NCBI GenBank assembly: GCA_035656295.1
Contig: DASRSU010000008.1
Coordinates: 983,420-1,047,419 of the forward strand
DNA length: 64,000 nt
DNA from: Candidatus Bathyarchaeia archaeon
GTDB taxonomy: Archaea > Thermoproteota > Bathyarchaeia > 40CM-2-53-6
Direction of reading: 5' to 3'
Part shown: piece after piece, positions 38,816-47,787 of the stretch
Layout of the letters: each line of letters starts with the position of its first letter
How positions within the stretch are numbered: position 1 is the stretch's first letter
Position numbers and translations under genes: made by a program
The notes under the pieces: model-generated
Database searches by the model: none
The model's input: the letters and a program-made list of their open reading frames with translations, nothing else
Told to the model about the DNA's origin: nothing

Positions 38816-39157
38816 TCAGCCATACGGATTTTCAAGATGGCCGTGTTCCTGAACCCATTTCTTCGCCATTTCCTTCTTCACGGTAAGAAATGGCAGGAGT
38901 TTTTGGAGGATCTCCCGAGTTCTGTAGCCGCTGTCGATTTCGAACCGATAATACCGACCACGAGGATGCTTCTCTCCGTTGATCATGCCTTGTCCCAGGA
39001 ATTTGCGGACTCGTTCAAGCAGTACTCTGTCGTAGCTGCAGATTCTGAACCGGTGTTTCCATCCTCGCCGGCGTCTATGAACATCTCGGACATTCCCTGA
39101 CTTGTCGAATTGCGTTGCTAACTGGGGCCATGTGAGAGGACTGACTGGTTTCGTCAT
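38816..39157 (-). CDS. possible degenerate single-motif LAGLIDADG-like protein
   Basis: LATQFDKSGNV resembles LAGxxDxDG, and downstream pattern (RYYRFEI...LQKLLPFLTVKK) is typical of the LAGLIDADG fold. Weak. Confidence 0.3.
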   Translation of the reverse strand: MTKPVSPLTWPQLATQFDKSGNVRDVHRRRRGWKHRFRICSYDRVLLERVRKFLGQGMINGEKHPRGRYYRFEIDSGYRTREILQKLLPFLTVKKEMAKKWVQEHGHLENPYG

Positions 39158-39720
39158 CGCATCACAGCCTCGATGTGACGTCTGACTTCTCGTCCGACCT
39201 CGTCAGGAGTCATTCCTCGAGCGTCAACTTCAACGTTGACAGTCTGCGTCGAGGATCCTATCGGACTCATGTTCCATACTCGAACGTCCATCCCACCCTG
39301 TCCAGGAGTAGTGGACGGGCCCACGGGACCCGGATCATTTTCATGCTGTCTTATTGCATCGGAGAGGCCCCAGGCCGCCAGTGCTGTTGCGGCGCCTGCG
39401 AGCAGAATCCAGCCGGGAGGGCCTGCCGCGAGATCAGCAAGGTTCGTAGCAATGTTGATCATTGACCGGATGACCGCTGATGATCTCAGCATGGGAGCGA
39501 GCCGGGCCAGCCCGTTGATCAGGGTTCCGACAGCTGCAACGAATCCGAACGCTTTGTCGAGACCTTCCGCCTGGGTTTTCGATAATAGTCCGAAGTGTTC
39601 TGCAATGTTCGTGATGAATAGAGCGGATCCTCCCATGGCAGCGATTCCACCACCAATCGCCCGAACCTTGCTCTGGATACTGTCGCCAATACTTGAGATG
39701 TGATCGATTCCACGGAACAC
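39154..39720 (-). CDS. Ala/Gly-rich multi-TM protein, paralog A (candidate virion or membrane protein)
   Basis: Three hydrophobic A/G-rich helices plus a ~60-aa C-terminal domain. Paralog of 39769..40350. Confidence 0.4.
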   Translation of the reverse strand: MFRGIDHISSIGDSIQSKVRAIGGGIAAMGGSALFITNIAEHFGLLSKTQAEGLDKAFGFVAAVGTLINGLARLAPMLRSSAVIRSMINIATNLADLAAGPPGWILLAGAATALAAWGLSDAIRQHENDPGPVGPSTTPGQGGMDVRVWNMSPIGSSTQTVNVEVDARGMTPDEVGREVRRHIEAVMR

Positions 39721-39768
39721 TAACCGGAGATCATGAACCGCTCCAATAGCACCAAGCGACGTAGCAGC

Positions 39769-40350
39769 TCAGCCCCTCCGGAGACGTTCACGGTCGATCA
39801 GGATCTCGAGATGCCGTTTCACCGCAGCAGCCGTCTGCTCTGGACTACTGGATCCTGTAATCGTGATATTTGCGGAGACATTGTTTCCGCCACCGCTGCT
39901 GATCGGCATCAAACTAGTCGTGATGGGCCCAGTGGCCGCAGTAGTTCCAGGAGCATATCCGCCCGCAGCATTGCTTGGATTCTGTACAGTCTTGTTGGCT
40001 CCAATGTTCTGTGAAAGGGCGTATGCTGTCAATGCTGTGACTGCCCCCGCCAGAATTGCCCAGCCGAGGGGCCCTGCCAGGGCGTTTGCTACTGCCGTAG
40101 CAGCATTCATGATGCTCTGAGCACTAGCAGCAGCCATGATCATTGGTGCTAGTCTTGCAAGCACGTTGATCATCATGCCCGCAGCTGCGATAAACGCGAA
40201 GGTGCGGTCGAGAGATTGTGCTGTTTTCTTGTCCAGGTAACCGAACTGTTCTGCCAAGTTCGTGACGAAGAGGCCTGTTCCACCGAGAACTGCCATCGCT
40301 CCTCCCAGGGCCCGTACTTTCGACTGGATAGTGTCAGTTACGTGGCTCAC
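39769..40350 (-). CDS. Ala/Gly-rich multi-TM protein, paralog B
   Basis: Same architecture and conserved N-terminal block (IQSKVRA(I/L)GG...LF(I/V)TN(I/L)AE(H/Q)FG). Confidence 0.4.
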   Translation of the reverse strand: MSHVTDTIQSKVRALGGAMAVLGGTGLFVTNLAEQFGYLDKKTAQSLDRTFAFIAAAGMMINVLARLAPMIMAAASAQSIMNAATAVANALAGPLGWAILAGAVTALTAYALSQNIGANKTVQNPSNAAGGYAPGTTAATGPITTSLMPISSGGGNNVSANITITGSSSPEQTAAAVKRHLEILIDRERLRRG

Positions 40351-40416
40351 ATGGTCAATGCCACGGAAGATGATCCTGAGGTCGTGAACTGCTCCAATAG
40401 CACCAAGCGACAGTTT

Positions 40417-40710
40417 CTAGGCCCTCCTCGCTGCTTCAAGACTTGCAGGAGTAAAATCGTTCAGCTGCATGCTCAACATGAGCAGTCGCAGATACAGCTG
40501 CCTCGGTAGATCTCCGAGGACGTCCTTCGTCAACTGTCTTCCATTGGGCGTCGTTACGCCCAGGGCAAGTAGGTCTTCGACATACTGGATCCCCGGCGCT
40601 GCATTCAGCATGCGATGGAGGAGATCCTTTCTTTCTCTATCACCGAGACGGTGGACACTGTAGACGCCAGCAAATTCTGGTCCATATTCGTCTTCTCGAA
40701 TAGTCAGCAT
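40417..40710 (-). CDS. hypothetical protein
   Basis: ORF only. Confidence 0.3.
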   Translation of the reverse strand: MLTIREDEYGPEFAGVYSVHRLGDRERKDLLHRMLNAAPGIQYVEDLLALGVTTPNGRQLTKDVLGDLPRQLYLRLLMLSMQLNDFTPASLEAARRA

Positions 40711-40762
40711 GGCGACGCCCTTGTTCGCGTCACCAGGCTGCTCTGGAAGTGTTGACGTCTCG

Positions 40763-41386
40763 CTACTTTCCTTGTCTGCTGACTCGCATGATGCCAGGTC
40801 GTGGCGGACTGGGCGCGGTGGTCGCTGCTGGTGTTGTTGCCGGAATCATCGTTGCTGGGCCGACTCCTCCGTCTGCAGTAGGAGTAGGCGCGGGTTTCAT
40901 GCTCATCTGGTTCGACATTTGTTTGCTGAGCGAATAGCTGTCGACGCTGAGATCGTAGTCGCCCGGGGATCCCGGTGTCGGAATCGTCGCGTAGAACTGC
41001 GAGATCTTGTTGAGAGCCGCAGGCACGTCGGGCGAAGGATCGCATGTCGACGGATTGCCCGGGGATCCTGTGGCCAGCATCGAACTGTCTGCTCGGACTA
41101 ACCGGTCTTGACCGTTCTGCGACCAGGTCTCTGGACTGTCCGGGGTCGACTGTTTAGGATTGACTGGTGCGGCGGTTGCTTGCGGCTGGACCCATGTAAC
41201 GTTCTTGCGAGCTGTGGGTCCCGGTAGCCCGGGTCTTGTGTCGCCTTGGCCCCAAACCATCGGCTGACCAGTTTGAGGATCAATCGCTGTTCGTAAAATA
41301 TCGGTTCTCGTGCTGTCTGCTGCGCTGGTCCCGTCAGGAATCGGGCCCTCGTTCGTCTTTCCCAATATTTTGTTTAGGATTTTCAT
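40763..41386 (-). CDS. hypothetical Pro/Thr-rich low-complexity protein
   Basis: ORF; P/T/S-rich linker-like composition. Confidence 0.35.
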   Translation of the reverse strand: MKILNKILGKTNEGPIPDGTSAADSTRTDILRTAIDPQTGQPMVWGQGDTRPGLPGPTARKNVTWVQPQATAAPVNPKQSTPDSPETWSQNGQDRLVRADSSMLATGSPGNPSTCDPSPDVPAALNKISQFYATIPTPGSPGDYDLSVDSYSLSKQMSNQMSMKPAPTPTADGGVGPATMIPATTPAATTAPSPPRPGIMRVSRQGK

Positions 41387-41409
41387 TTTCTATTTTCACC
41401 TCGCCTGTC

Positions 41410-41802
41410 CTAGTAACGGATCATCAAGGACACTGACAACGTCCAAAGGACACTGACAACGTCCAACAGAGCAGGCAGCTCAAGGATCTCAACCACCTCC
41501 TTCACTTCGACAGGTTCCAGCCTCTCCTCCTCCGGCTCCTTCCGGTTGAGTCTCGGCAGAAGCAAAGCTGCTGTCTCAACCAGATCCGACCCGTCGACGT
41601 CGCGCAAGAGATCCGTGAATTCCAGTGCTTCAATAGTCTCTGCGACTCCAGAGTCAAGAATGAAGGGGCCCTGGTCCGGCAGCTGGACCCTGAACAAGTC
41701 GTCTCCGTCTCTGAGATTGAGAATGTTCTCGCTTCCACGTTTGAACTGGAGCAGTTGAGAATAGCTTCTCAGGGTCAGGGCTCGGCGTTTGAATCGTGGC
41801 AC
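41410..41802 (-). CDS. hypothetical protein (3' end contains a 20-bp tandem duplication)
   Basis: ORF; the C-terminal LWTLSVS repetition reflects the tandem repeat. Confidence 0.3.
   Translation of the reverse strand: MPRFKRRALTLRSYSQLLQFKRGSENILNLRDGDDLFRVQLPDQGPFILDSGVAETIEALEFTDLLRDVDGSDLVETAALLLPRLNRKEPEEERLEPVEVKEVVEILELPALLDVVSVLWTLSVSLMIRY
41428..41467. repeat. perfect 20-bp tandem duplication AGGACACTGACAACGTCCAA x2
   Basis: Direct reading. Core CTGACAACGTCC also occurs at 36766-36777. Confidence 0.85.
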
Positions 41803-42248
41803 TACTCTTCCTCCTCTTGTTCCTCATCCTCACTGTTACTTGCCACAGGATGACCGTCTTCCCCATCTTCCGGCGTGTCAGCCTGTTCCTTCCTGCGCTT
41901 TCGTTCTTTCTTCTTGCGAGGCTTTTCTTCGAGCGTATTGTGCAGGATCTCGCCGAAGATCCTTTTCGGTTCGCTCAGCGAGAGACTAGGGATCAAGCTG
42001 CCTTGTGGCATGTAGGCAAAGTCGTAATTGACAAACCGGGGCCCGACACTTGTCGTCTGGCCAGTTACACTGTCCTTGACCGAATTAGCTTCATAGATCT
42101 GTTCTCCTCGAGTGACGATCCCACGTGCAGCATCCACAAGAGCATGACCACTCATCCTCTTCATGTCCTGGCGGATCTGGTCCTGATATTCCTGGTGGCG
42201 CCTTGCAGCTCGCTGCTGGGTCTCGAACGGGTTTTCTGTCGTTGTCAT
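41802..42248 (-). CDS. hypothetical protein with poly-acidic C-terminal tail
   Basis: ORF; basic KKKERKRRK stretch followed by DEEQEEEE. Confidence 0.35.
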   Translation of the reverse strand: MTTTENPFETQQRAARRHQEYQDQIRQDMKRMSGHALVDAARGIVTRGEQIYEANSVKDSVTGQTTSVGPRFVNYDFAYMPQGSLIPSLSLSEPKRIFGEILHNTLEEKPRKKKERKRRKEQADTPEDGEDGHPVASNSEDEEQEEEE

Positions 42249-42252
42249 TGTT

Positions 42253-42495
42253 TCACCTCGCGAGTCCTGGAATCATCTTGTTCTGTATGAGTGATCGGAG
42301 CTCGAGCTGACGGGTCTGCAGGCCCTTCTTCAACAGCAGCGACGTCACGTCTGTGAAAGTAGGAGGCTTCAACAGATCTCTAGCGTTTGGAAGACTCGAG
42401 AGAATGCTTCTCTCGACATCAACCTGTCTTCGCAGCTCGTTCATCAATGCCGGCTCGACACCGACTGTGAATTTTACTTTGGACATTTTTCTCAC
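42253..42495 (-). CDS. ribbon-helix-helix-like small DNA-binding protein (paralog 1)
   Basis: N-terminal beta-strand then helix pattern (KFTVGVEPALMNELRR...LLLKKGL), RHH-like. Confidence 0.4.
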   Translation of the reverse strand: MRKMSKVKFTVGVEPALMNELRRQVDVERSILSSLPNARDLLKPPTFTDVTSLLLKKGLQTRQLELRSLIQNKMIPGLAR

Positions 42496-42698
42496 TTGAT
42501 CGGGTTCGCCTGTAGCTCCCTGAGTTCTTGCCGACGGACTGTTAGTCCACGTTGCAATAGGCCCCGGACAACCTCTGACGTCGTCGGCTCACCAAGGAGT
42601 CCATGAGTGGCCGCGAGATTCTTCTCAATCTCCAGCTGTTCACGGATCCGGTCTACCAGTGCCACGGGGGCCCGTATCCCCAGATGTATCGTGCTCAA
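42492..42698 (-). CDS. ribbon-helix-helix-like small DNA-binding protein (paralog 2)
   Basis: LGIRAPVALVDRIREQLE...VVRGLLQRGL is similar to paralog 1. Confidence 0.4.
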   Translation of the reverse strand: MSTIHLGIRAPVALVDRIREQLEIEKNLAATHGLLGEPTTSEVVRGLLQRGLTVRRQELRELQANPIK

Positions 42699-43126
42699 TT
42701 CCTAGTTCTCCATGAAAATTCTGTTTGCGGCAGCCTCCAGGTGGATGGTTGTTCGAAAAAAGCGGAAACAATTTTCGAGGTGAAAAATCCTGGAAGCTGC
42801 TCTCGCAAGAATGATCGTCAACTGTCATAGGCCTCCCGGGCCCTTGAGGAGTCTAGTGTAGCTGCGCGGGTGGCGGAGGACCTCCCCGGAATCAACGTCG
42901 AGAAGCACAGATTCGACTCGTGAGACAATTTCGCCCAGCTGCTGATCACGGAACGCGCTTTCATAGACCATCTTCTTCTCGTCCTGGACTGCCTGCCATA
43001 ATCTGTGACGGCGTGTCCAGGCGGATTCTTTCGCGTGCTTATGCGCCAACAGTAGGACAATGGAATCTAGAGGAATACCGAGTAATAATCAGAGCCATAC
43101 AAAATCTACAATATCTATTTCGACGG

Positions 43127-43375
43127 CTACGGGCCCGGCTTCTCCTTCTTCTCCTCGAGATAGGCACGGACTCCTTTTCGAAGAATCATCTCGACCACGT
43201 TGCTGATCGGCACTTCTGGCCAGTCACGTGTCTGAGCTAGGTCGCGTTCTTGGCTGATGATGGTTTGAATCTGCTTGTAGAGGTCAGATTCGATCGTTGC
43301 TTCGATCCGTATTTTTGTGCCGAACCATGTCTTGACGTCTTCCTTGTCAAGGTCGACACTCGGTAGTTCCCCCAT
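43127..43375 (-). CDS. RHH-like small protein (paralog 3)
   Basis: KIRIEATIESDLYKQIQTI...VVEMILRKGV has similar periodicity. Confidence 0.35.
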   Translation of the reverse strand: MGELPSVDLDKEDVKTWFGTKIRIEATIESDLYKQIQTIISQERDLAQTRDWPEVPISNVVEMILRKGVRAYLEEKKEKPGP

Positions 43376-43407
43376 GGTCGACTTGGATTGTTCCTACGCT
43401 TCCCGTC

Positions 43408-43698
43408 CTAAAAGGAATGAGTGTTGAGGCTGGAGTTCACAGTTGTTCCTATGAGACTCTCACACTTCCGCTGCAGTTCCAAGATCATCTTGTGCTGGCC
43501 GAAAATGATCGCCATTAGTAATGGGATCTCTTTCACCGTGGAACCCATCTCGCTAGCAGAGAAAGAGTACAGTTCACACTGTCGCATCATATCCTGGAAG
43601 ACTTCGAGATCCTGCTTGCGCAGGCGCCAGCTGAAGCGATCGAGAAGCGCGAGCGCGGGATCGTCGATTTTTCGCCAGTAAGGAACTCTGAGTCCCAT
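43408..43698 (-). CDS. hypothetical protein, paralog of 33546..33908
   Basis: Shared conserved core VKEIPLLMAIIFGQHKMILEL. Confidence 0.4.
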   Translation of the reverse strand: MGLRVPYWRKIDDPALALLDRFSWRLRKQDLEVFQDMMRQCELYSFSASEMGSTVKEIPLLMAIIFGQHKMILELQRKCESLIGTTVNSSLNTHSF

Positions 43699-43839
43699 GA
43701 CGCAAGCTCCATCGGCCTACCTGATATTCAGGAGCTGAGAGCGAAAGTATGCCCAAGGACTACTCACCTGATCCAGTTATGCTCAAAAACAGCTTGATAG
43801 CACGCGTCCAATAGTGTTGTAGACTATGAAGATGGTAGT

Positions 43840-44211
43840 TTGACGGGCTTGACGAGTCAGCGGCCAAGGTCGCGGGCTCGCCTCTTTGTCTTACTGGTGC
43901 TTGGAATTATTCTTCTCCTCGCCGGCATCTCGTACCCGGTGCTTCTTTTCATCGGGGCAACCTCTTGCATAGACCCCCTTACTTGCGTGCCACTAGAGGG
44001 ACTTAGTCTGTTAGGTGGAGGTTTCCTTCTGTACGCATTCAACGCGATCAGAAAGAGGGATCAAGCGAAGATACGGGCGATGAAAATCGGTTTCGCGGTC
44101 ATTGCCCCTGTAGGCTTTATTCTGGGCGTGTTCACCATAGACCTCTTCACTCCCCCTATCCCGTCTCAAGACCGCATCATCGATGCAGGACTGGGCGACC
44201 ATCATGATTAA
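43840..44211 (+). CDS. membrane protein, apparent 5' part of a gene interrupted by a 70-bp insertion
   Basis: Two TM helices. Ends within the first copy of the 35-bp repeat. Confidence 0.4.
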   Translation: MTGLTSQRPRSRARLFVLLVLGIILLLAGISYPVLLFIGATSCIDPLTCVPLEGLSLLGGGFLLYAFNAIRKRDQAKIRAMKIGFAVIAPVGFILGVFTIDLFTPPIPSQDRIIDAGLGDHHD

Positions 44212-44256
44212 GGCTTGATAACCCCCTATCCCGTCTCAAGACCGCATCATCGATGC
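44152..44256. repeat. two perfect 35-bp direct repeats (CCCCCTATCCCGTCTCAAGACCGCATCATCGATGC) separated by a 35-bp spacer
   Basis: Copies at 44152-44186 and 44222-44256. Confidence 0.85.
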
Positions 44257-44287
44257 CAGTAAGGGAGTTCTAGAATTCGACAGCTTC

Positions 44288-44671
44288 TTGACGGTAGGAT
44301 GGACGATAGCGTTCAGCCTGGTCGGTCGTTGGTTGAGAGAGGTTCGAACTATGAGACGAAAACTCCTTGAGATTAGCAGCAACTACGAGGTTCAAGGGCT
44401 CCTGAATGACATCAGACATCTCAGATCGGATGCATTCGTTGAAGTCTCCGTCAGCATCTTTCTCGTGCTCATCTCCGCATTCTTTGCTGTCGCAGGTATA
44501 CTGGTAGGGGGCCGAGTTTCTCTGATGCTTGCGCTGATCTTTCTCTCTCTCTCTCTTGGAACTGTCGCAATGGTGTTCGGCTGGTACGACGTCTATTCTA
44601 GGACTGAAAACGTGATGCACTTTGTGGACACGGCGCCGAAACCTCCGGCTGCATCTCCAAAGGTTTCTTGA
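44288..44671 (+). CDS. membrane protein, apparent 3' part of the interrupted gene
   Basis: The frame is open from 44222 (the second repeat) and joins in frame with 43840..44186 if 44187-44256 is removed. Confidence 0.4.
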   Translation: MTVGWTIAFSLVGRWLREVRTMRRKLLEISSNYEVQGLLNDIRHLRSDAFVEVSVSIFLVLISAFFAVAGILVGGRVSLMLALIFLSLSLGTVAMVFGWYDVYSRTENVMHFVDTAPKPPAASPKVS

Positions 44672-44814
44672 TCGTAGCCTGGAAAAGCAGCTCTTGTTCC
44701 TTACAAAACGCGGTGACTGGATATTTTGTCTAGGCCGAGATGCGTGAAAGTGCTGAATCGAGCAAGGATCCTGTACTAGACCAAGATCCCTGAACAGTTG
44801 TTTCAGCAGAAGAG

Positions 44815-45453
44815 TCAGTGATGGGTGACGACTTTGTCCGGAACGATGTAAATGTAACCCTTCTGAGGCGAACCTTGCCTGAGGATTTCGCGATCTCCAG
44901 ATAGCGATTTCAAGTGCTTCTGAACAGTTGCAAGCTCCATATCGAGGGCTTGGGCGACATCATTGCTAGAGCCCGAAATTTTGAGGTTGCGTAGATATCC
45001 CAGAATCTTCAATCGATTTTCCTTCCACATTCTAGTTTTCGCTGATACTTTTCCGGGTTTACCCTTCAGGGTTCTTTGCATTGTTGCATAGGAAACACCG
45101 TACTTTTGAGCGAGAGCTTCCATCCGGATCTCCGAAGATACGCGAATTTTCAAGATCTCATTGATCTGCTCTTGGGACAGAAGCTTTCGAGCTCCAACTC
45201 GTCCAGGTTTTGCGGCAACTGCTGCATCAATCAGCTTCGGGTCGACGAGTGGCGGGTGAGATCCCTTCTCCCAAGAAACTTGACCGTTCTCATTCGTTGT
45301 CTTATTAGATCCCTTGTAGAAGGGGAGGTTGAATATCCGAAACATCAAACCCTCGGTAAGACCTTCTGCTTTAGCTGCGCCTCGAACGGTTTGGTGTGTC
45401 TCAGCGATTAGCTTGAGAGACCCTTCGACTTTACGAGCTTTCTCACTGTTCAC
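44815..45453 (-). CDS. DNA-binding protein with two HTH/winged-helix domains
   Basis: HTH-like segments (GVSYATMQRTLKG; SSNDVAQALDMELATVQKHLKSL). Confidence 0.45.
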   Translation of the reverse strand: MNSEKARKVEGSLKLIAETHQTVRGAAKAEGLTEGLMFRIFNLPFYKGSNKTTNENGQVSWEKGSHPPLVDPKLIDAAVAAKPGRVGARKLLSQEQINEILKIRVSSEIRMEALAQKYGVSYATMQRTLKGKPGKVSAKTRMWKENRLKILGYLRNLKISGSSNDVAQALDMELATVQKHLKSLSGDREILRQGSPQKGYIYIVPDKVVTHH

Positions 45454-45486
45454 TCTTATGAGATGATCAGGCCCAAGCTCGTATCC

Positions 45487-45978
45487 TCATGGCAAGAGTC
45501 TTGAGCTGTAATCCCAGTAACCTTTTCTGAGCCTCTCTATCTGTACCTTGTGCCCAGCCGCCGCCATTTCCTTCGGAGGATGCTTTTGCTGGAATTTGAC
45601 GTGGTAATATCCGGAACGCTCTAGTTGGTGTTGCGCCCAGTGAATTGCCTTTGAGACTTCATCGAATCCGCTCAACGATCTTGCCACAGACTCCCTAGCT
45701 TTGCCGATTTTTTGCGCTACTTGGGAAGGGGTCACTCTGGTTGCTTTCTCTCCCAAAGTCCGGGAACGCAGAATCGTTTCAGCAGCCCACACGCCAGCAG
45801 ATCTCACGTCTTGGGCGCTGAACGTCCAGGTGTTACTGTCGGATTTCACTACCTTCCAGAATTCGAGGCAGGCTACGCAGGTCTCTTGCTCTGAGCGCTT
45901 CGGACCTAATTTCTGCAGCAAGATGGCTCGGCGGGTAACAGCCCCTGTTACGATCCGTTGCTTCTTGTTGCGTAACAA
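45487..45978 (-). CDS. HTH-domain protein
   Basis: VAQKIGKARESVARSLSG HTH-like segment. Confidence 0.35.
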   Translation of the reverse strand: MLRNKKQRIVTGAVTRRAILLQKLGPKRSEQETCVACLEFWKVVKSDSNTWTFSAQDVRSAGVWAAETILRSRTLGEKATRVTPSQVAQKIGKARESVARSLSGFDEVSKAIHWAQHQLERSGYYHVKFQQKHPPKEMAAAGHKVQIERLRKGYWDYSSRLLP

Positions 45979-46020
45979 CTCTTGTTACGTAACATGGCCT
46001 GTTACAATGATTTTTAACAT

Positions 46021-47787
46021 TTGTTCGGTGGTTTGAGATCAGCTTCGAAAAAGGCCCTCCCGAACCCTCCTCTGGTCAATCAGAGGAGTTTGACCCGGTC
46101 TTTCTGGCTGGTTCAGGTCGTTCGGGAGCTCCTCCGAAACAGCAGAAAGGAGAAGAAAAAAGTCGTCATCAAAGACGAACGACCTGAACGTCGAACAACA
46201 TGTGGAGCCGCGATGAGCGAGACACAGGAGAAACCGAAAGAGTTCCCGTCAGTTGGCGGGTCGCACTACCAGGAAGGAATAATCTATGAGCAAATACTGG
46301 ACTCTTCCGGCTACGCCAAATTTGCAAGAAACGATAGTGGCGAACTCTCCGAAACGATCAAACCCTTTGATGCCACGTCTGACAGTGCTGCGAAGAAAAC
46401 TTTCCGAGTACTAGATCCCAACCATCTTCCCTGGCTCGCTGCTTCGGATCCCGAGTGCTTCAAGTCCGTAGAAGACGAATACCTGTTTTCCGCTATTGCG
46501 GGCTTTCTCGAGCTGTACATTGACTTCACCGACAAAAGACTGTACAAGGTCATAGCCGCCTGGATAATGGCCACGTGGCTCCTGGAGACATGGCGCGTCG
46601 CTGCGCCTCTCTACGTACTAGGACCCGTGAATTCAGGCAAGACAACCGTTCTAGAATGTCTTGAGCAGGTAAGCTATCGTGGGATCCGCGGCGGATCCAT
46701 GTCGACGTCGACGATGTTTCGCCTGGATGATCAGTACCATCCCACTCTGCTGCTTGACGAGAGCCAGATCTACAATCAGGATACAATGGGAGAGGCGCAG
46801 GCTCTGATCAACGAAAGATATCGCAAGGGTGGAAAGGTATGGCGGATTATCGGCGAGGGGAAGGACATGATCCCTAACGCCTTCAAAGTCTTCGGATTTT
46901 CAGCGTTCGCATCCAATCATCCACCCTGGGAAGCGCTCAGCTCTCGAGCCGTACTAGTAAGGATGGAGAAGAACCGGGAAAAAGTTCGTCAGACCCTCAC
47001 ACCGGTTTTCGAACTGCAAGGCAAGGAGCTCAGAACTTGGCTCCTCCAGTATCGTTTCAAACACCTCCAGCTGTGGACGCCTCAATATGAAGAGGAGGAT
47101 CCCGTCGACAGGCTACTGGAAAAACTAGGTGACTATCGAACTCGCGAGATCGGATACGCCCTCCTCAAAGTGGCACCAGAGAATGAGCGGCAGACAGTCT
47201 TGGGCTATCTCGAATCCCTTGAGAAAACTCACCAGGCACTGGAAAACACAGCCTATCTTGCAGACTACGTTGTCGCACTGAACAGATGTGAACCGGAAAA
47301 CAGCAAGGTTTCAGCCCAGGCAGTACGATACCAACTAGCGATTCTCAGAGGTGCTTTTGATGACAAAGGCAAGATCATCTCGAAGGAAATTCCAAAGCCT
47401 CAGTCGGTGATGAAAGCCCTTCGGACTCTCGGCTTTCAAGATACCCGAATGAGTAGCAACGGTGCCACAGGTGTCACTTGGGACAAGGAACTGCTCGATC
47501 GGCTTACACTGAGATACAATGTCAAAGATGCTTCAAAAGCTTCAGGAACTTCAGGAACAAACGTGAACGGTCCTGAAGCACCTGAAGAGCCTGACGCAGA
47601 TCGGGGCCAGCGACCCCTCGAGACAGCCGCCATTTCCAGTGATACCACTCTAGGCGGAACATACCCCTTGTCGAAAGAGAGAGGAAAATGTGCTAGTTGT
47701 CAGCGGGAAGGGCCTCTCCAGGTAAATGGTGATGGAGCATTCCTAGTCTGCAGTGACTGCTACACCCTGTCGGAGATCAAACCTTGA
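46021..47787 (+). CDS. P-loop NTPase, probable replication protein (SF3-helicase/D5-like) with C-terminal zinc ribbon
   Basis: Walker A GPVNSGKTT, Walker B LLLDESQ, C-terminal CASC...CSDC. Likely start at MSETQEK (46214). Confidence 0.5.
   Translation: MFGGLRSASKKALPNPPLVNQRSLTRSFWLVQVVRELLRNSRKEKKKVVIKDERPERRTTCGAAMSETQEKPKEFPSVGGSHYQEGIIYEQILDSSGYAKFARNDSGELSETIKPFDATSDSAAKKTFRVLDPNHLPWLAASDPECFKSVEDEYLFSAIAGFLELYIDFTDKRLYKVIAAWIMATWLLETWRVAAPLYVLGPVNSGKTTVLECLEQVSYRGIRGGSMSTSTMFRLDDQYHPTLLLDESQIYNQDTMGEAQALINERYRKGGKVWRIIGEGKDMIPNAFKVFGFSAFASNHPPWEALSSRAVLVRMEKNREKVRQTLTPVFELQGKELRTWLLQYRFKHLQLWTPQYEEEDPVDRLLEKLGDYRTREIGYALLKVAPENERQTVLGYLESLEKTHQALENTAYLADYVVALNRCEPENSKVSAQAVRYQLAILRGAFDDKGKIISKEIPKPQSVMKALRTLGFQDTRMSSNGATGVTWDKELLDRLTLRYNVKDASKASGTSGTNVNGPEAPEEPDADRGQRPLETAAISSDTTLGGTYPLSKERGKCASCQREGPLQVNGDGAFLVCSDCYTLSEIKP

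Noticed and set aside
44152-44256. Two 35-bp repeats with a 35-bp spacer considered as a mini CRISPR array
   Set aside because: Only two repeat copies, both lying in coding sequence that reads through in frame. No cas genes nearby, and the repeat is not palindromic. More consistent with an insertion or duplication within a gene.
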